Source: Methanocaldococcus jannaschii DSM 2661
Lineage (GTDB): Archaea > AGJL01 > Methanococci > Methanococcales > Methanocaldococcaceae
Reading direction: 5' to 3'
Length of the DNA stretch: 32,000 nucleotides
Assembly: GCF_000091665.1 (NCBI RefSeq)
Contig: NC_000909.1
Span: forward strand, 1,606,838 to 1,638,837
Shown: positions 30,158 through 32,000 of the stretch, piece after piece
Position numbering within the stretch: position 1 is the first letter of the stretch
How the letters are laid out: every line of letters begins with the position of its first letter
The notes under the pieces: model-generated
What the model was told of the DNA's origin: nothing
The model's database searches: none
The model's input: the letters and a program-made list of their open reading frames with translations, nothing else
Made by a program: the position numbers and the translations under genes

Positions 30158-30242
30158 CCATAGGGCTCCGCCTTATTGGGATACCCGACGCCCATCAAGT
30201 TGGGGCTTTCAGCCCCAATTAATGTCCCACTTATATATAAAA
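30158..30242. repeat. Hairpin-rich insert (element E) between two copies of the start of the 30254 gene
   Basis: CCATAGGGCTCCGCCTTATTGG imperfect hairpin (30158-30179); TTGGGGCT-TTC-AGCCCCAA perfect 8-bp stem (30200-30218). Confidence 0.8.
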
Positions 30243-30253
30243 CAGGTGAAAAA

Positions 30254-30853
30254 ATGAGATATGTTGCTTATAAAATCTATCCAGAAGAGTTTTTAAATAA
30301 TGAGGTTGTTGATAACGCCCTAATTATTGAGGGAAGAAAAGTTAGGAGAGTTAGAATTTTAGGAAAAGTTGAGAATATAAACGTTGGAAACATCATATCC
30401 TTTTACGTGGATGGAGTTAATGTCAGATACTTTGAAGAAAAGCCAGTGTATATTGAAGAGGGAGACATAGTTGATGTCATTGGCAGACCAAGAACTTATG
30501 ATGGAGAGAAATATATCATGGCTGAGATTATTAGAAAGAGAGATGAAAGATGGATAAAACTTAGAGATTTAGAAATTAAAAAGACAAGGAAATATTTATT
30601 AGAGAGGGCTGAACTTTATGAAGAGGAGAATGAGGAGATGAGTTTAGAGGAGGAAGTATATACTGAAATTTTAAATTCTGATGTCATAAAAGATAAGATT
30701 TTGGCTATTATTGAAAATGTTGGTGAAATTACTTATGAAGAACTTGCTGAAAAAATTAACATCCCAGAAGAGGATTTAGAAAAATATTTATCTGAGTTGA
30801 AAGAATCAGGAGACATATTCGAACCAAGACCTGGTGTTTATAAGGTATTATAA
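30254..30853 (+). CDS. OB-fold plus winged-helix protein, RPA-like
   Basis: [15 protein letters not shown]...[25 protein letters not shown] (OB fold), C-terminal w[46 protein letters not shown]. True start ATG 30254; the ORF-track start 30176 (TTG) lies inside element E. Confidence 0.8.
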   Translation: MRYVAYKIYPEEFLNNEVVDNALIIEGRKVRRVRILGKVENINVGNIISFYVDGVNVRYFEEKPVYIEEGDIVDVIGRPRTYDGEKYIMAEIIRKRDERWIKLRDLEIKKTRKYLLERAELYEEENEEMSLEEEVYTEILNSDVIKDKILAIIENVGEITYEELAEKINIPEEDLEKYLSELKESGDIFEPRPGVYKVL

Positions 30854-30870
30854 CCTTTGGAGGTGGAAGA

Positions 30871-31422
30871 TTGTTATTAGAAGAAACATTAAAATCATGC
30901 CCAATTGTTAAAAGAGGGGAGTATCATTACTTTATTCATCCAATAAGTGACGGAGTTCCAGTTGTTGAGCCAAAGTTATTGAGAGAGGTAGCAACAAGAA
31001 TAATAAAGATAGGAGACTTTGAAGGAGCTACCAAATTAGTTACAGCTGAAGCAATGGGTATTCCTTTGGTAACTACCCTCTCTTTATACACAGATATACC
31101 TTACGTGATTATGAGGAAAAGAGAATATAAATTACCAGGAGAGATTCCTGTCTTTCAATCTACTGGATATAGCAAAGGGCAACTCTATCTAAACGGAATA
31201 GAGAAGGGAGATAAAGTTGTTATTATAGATGATGTCATCTCAACTGGGGGAACAATGATTGCAATAATAGATGCTTTAAAAAGGGCTGGAGCAGAGATAA
31301 AAGACATTATTTGCGTTATTGAAAGAGGAGAAGGGAAAAAGATAGTTGAAGAAAAAACCGGATATAAGATAAAAACCTTGGTTAAAATTGATGTTGTAGA
31401 TGGAAAGGTTGTTATTTTATAA
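30871..31422 (+). CDS. hpt: Hypoxanthine/guanine phosphoribosyltransferase (archaeal type)
   Basis: [37 protein letters not shown] motif; TTG start. Confidence 0.88.
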   Translation: MLLEETLKSCPIVKRGEYHYFIHPISDGVPVVEPKLLREVATRIIKIGDFEGATKLVTAEAMGIPLVTTLSLYTDIPYVIMRKREYKLPGEIPVFQSTGYSKGQLYLNGIEKGDKVVIIDDVISTGGTMIAIIDALKRAGAEIKDIICVIERGEGKKIVEEKTGYKIKTLVKIDVVDGKVVIL

Positions 31423-31428
31423 TTAAGG

Positions 31429-31905
31429 ATGGGGAATATGAAAAAGTCCTTAAAATCTCTATTAAAATCATTTTTTGAAAAACTGATAAAGAAAGCTTTT
31501 GAAGTAAAATCAATCTGTGAGAAAAATCCTAATCTATATAACAATGGACTTTTATTTGTGTATTATTTTAGACACTTTTAGAGATGAGGCTATAAGCTTT
31601 GGTTTTGATATTGAAGAACTATCTCTTAATATTGATTTTGAGGAGGAATTAATGGAGCTGTTAAAAAAGAGATTTTAAAGTTCCCAAAAACAGAGGTTGA
31701 TAATGAATCATTAACTTATTATTTAAGAGATTGTTTTATAATTTTAGAGGACTATGTTGATGATTATTTAGATGAGGGTGATGAATTCAGTAGGGGAGTT
31801 TTAGATGCATTTAGGGAGATGATTATTTCATTTGAGAAATTAGGAGAAAAATATAAAATAATTGATTTAAATTTAAATTCAATAAAGCAAAAGATTGGTG
31901 ATAGC
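31429..31905 (+). pseudogene. Split ORF, possibly a frameshifted UPF0305/DUF2115-like gene
   Basis: Three consecutive good-quality segments in frames 1, 2, 1: MGNMKKSLKSLLKSFFEKLIKKAFEVKSICEKNPNLYNNGLLFVYYFRHF / [30 protein letters not shown] / [64 protein letters not shown]. Shift points near TTTT (31576-31579) and AAAAAA (31663-31668). Confidence 0.55.
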
Positions 31906-32000
31906 TTGAATATAAAAGAGATTAAGCCAACAAAAATCATCTGTGTAGGTTTAAACTACATAGACCACGCAAAAGAGCTTAATATGGAAATTCCAGAGTA
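31906..32000 (+). CDS. Fumarylacetoacetate hydrolase family protein (N-terminus only, cut by window edge)
   Basis: TTG at 31906; [31 protein letters not shown] matches the FAH-family CVGLNYxDHAxE motif; start uncertain. Confidence 0.7.
   Translation, partial: MNIKEIKPTKIICVGLNYIDHAKELNMEIPE

Noticed and set aside
30176-30253. N-terminal extension MGYPTPIKLGLSAPINVPLIYKTGEK on the OB-fold protein
   Set aside because: It reads entirely through element E from a TTG. The ribosome-binding region GGTGA and ATG at 30254 match the duplicated start, so 30254 is the real start.
1-32000. CRISPR arrays, tRNA or rRNA genes
   Set aside because: No regularly spaced 24-40 nt repeats, and no cloverleaf or rRNA-like sequence, were noticed when reading the window. 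The hairpin elements are dispersed and not array-like.

Overview
AT-rich archaeal chromosomal window. Gene content and order match Methanocaldococcus jannaschii or a very close relative, around the DP2 DNA polymerase / mch / smc / histone-variant / purQ / topA region. That assignment is from memory of the families, not from a search. About 27 protein-coding genes can be supported, plus one IS605/IS1341-type TnpB gene with no TnpA and one GC-rich structured ncRNA or leader candidate upstream of smc.

The most interesting signal is a set of small (~60-115 nt) hairpin-rich insertions at gene boundaries. In at least three cases, and probably four or five, the insertion is flanked by two diverged copies of the neighbouring gene end or start, spaced 113-133 bp apart. 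(1) Downstream of smc, the last 12 codons plus stop (ENGLSKVVGIRL*) occur again with only synonymous differences. (2) The start of the OB-fold gene at 30254 (ribosome-binding region plus MRYVAY) is pre-duplicated with only synonymous differences. (3) The phoU-like stop / trmY start junction is duplicated. (4) The end of the histone-variant gene (ITSEL) is partly repeated beyond a perfect 17-bp inverted-repeat element. Two of the inserts share a 31-nt core (27/31). Others share an 8-bp stem with a 12-nt TCGCTWAYGCTY loop.

Other notable points: a TnpB whose RuvC-III Asp position reads Gln, a GT35-like phosphorylase with Thr at the PLP-lysine position, an apparent gene-conversion tract between two inverted methyltransferase paralogs, and a doubly frameshifted ORF near the right edge. 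All statements come from reading the sequence by eye; no searches or folding programs were run.
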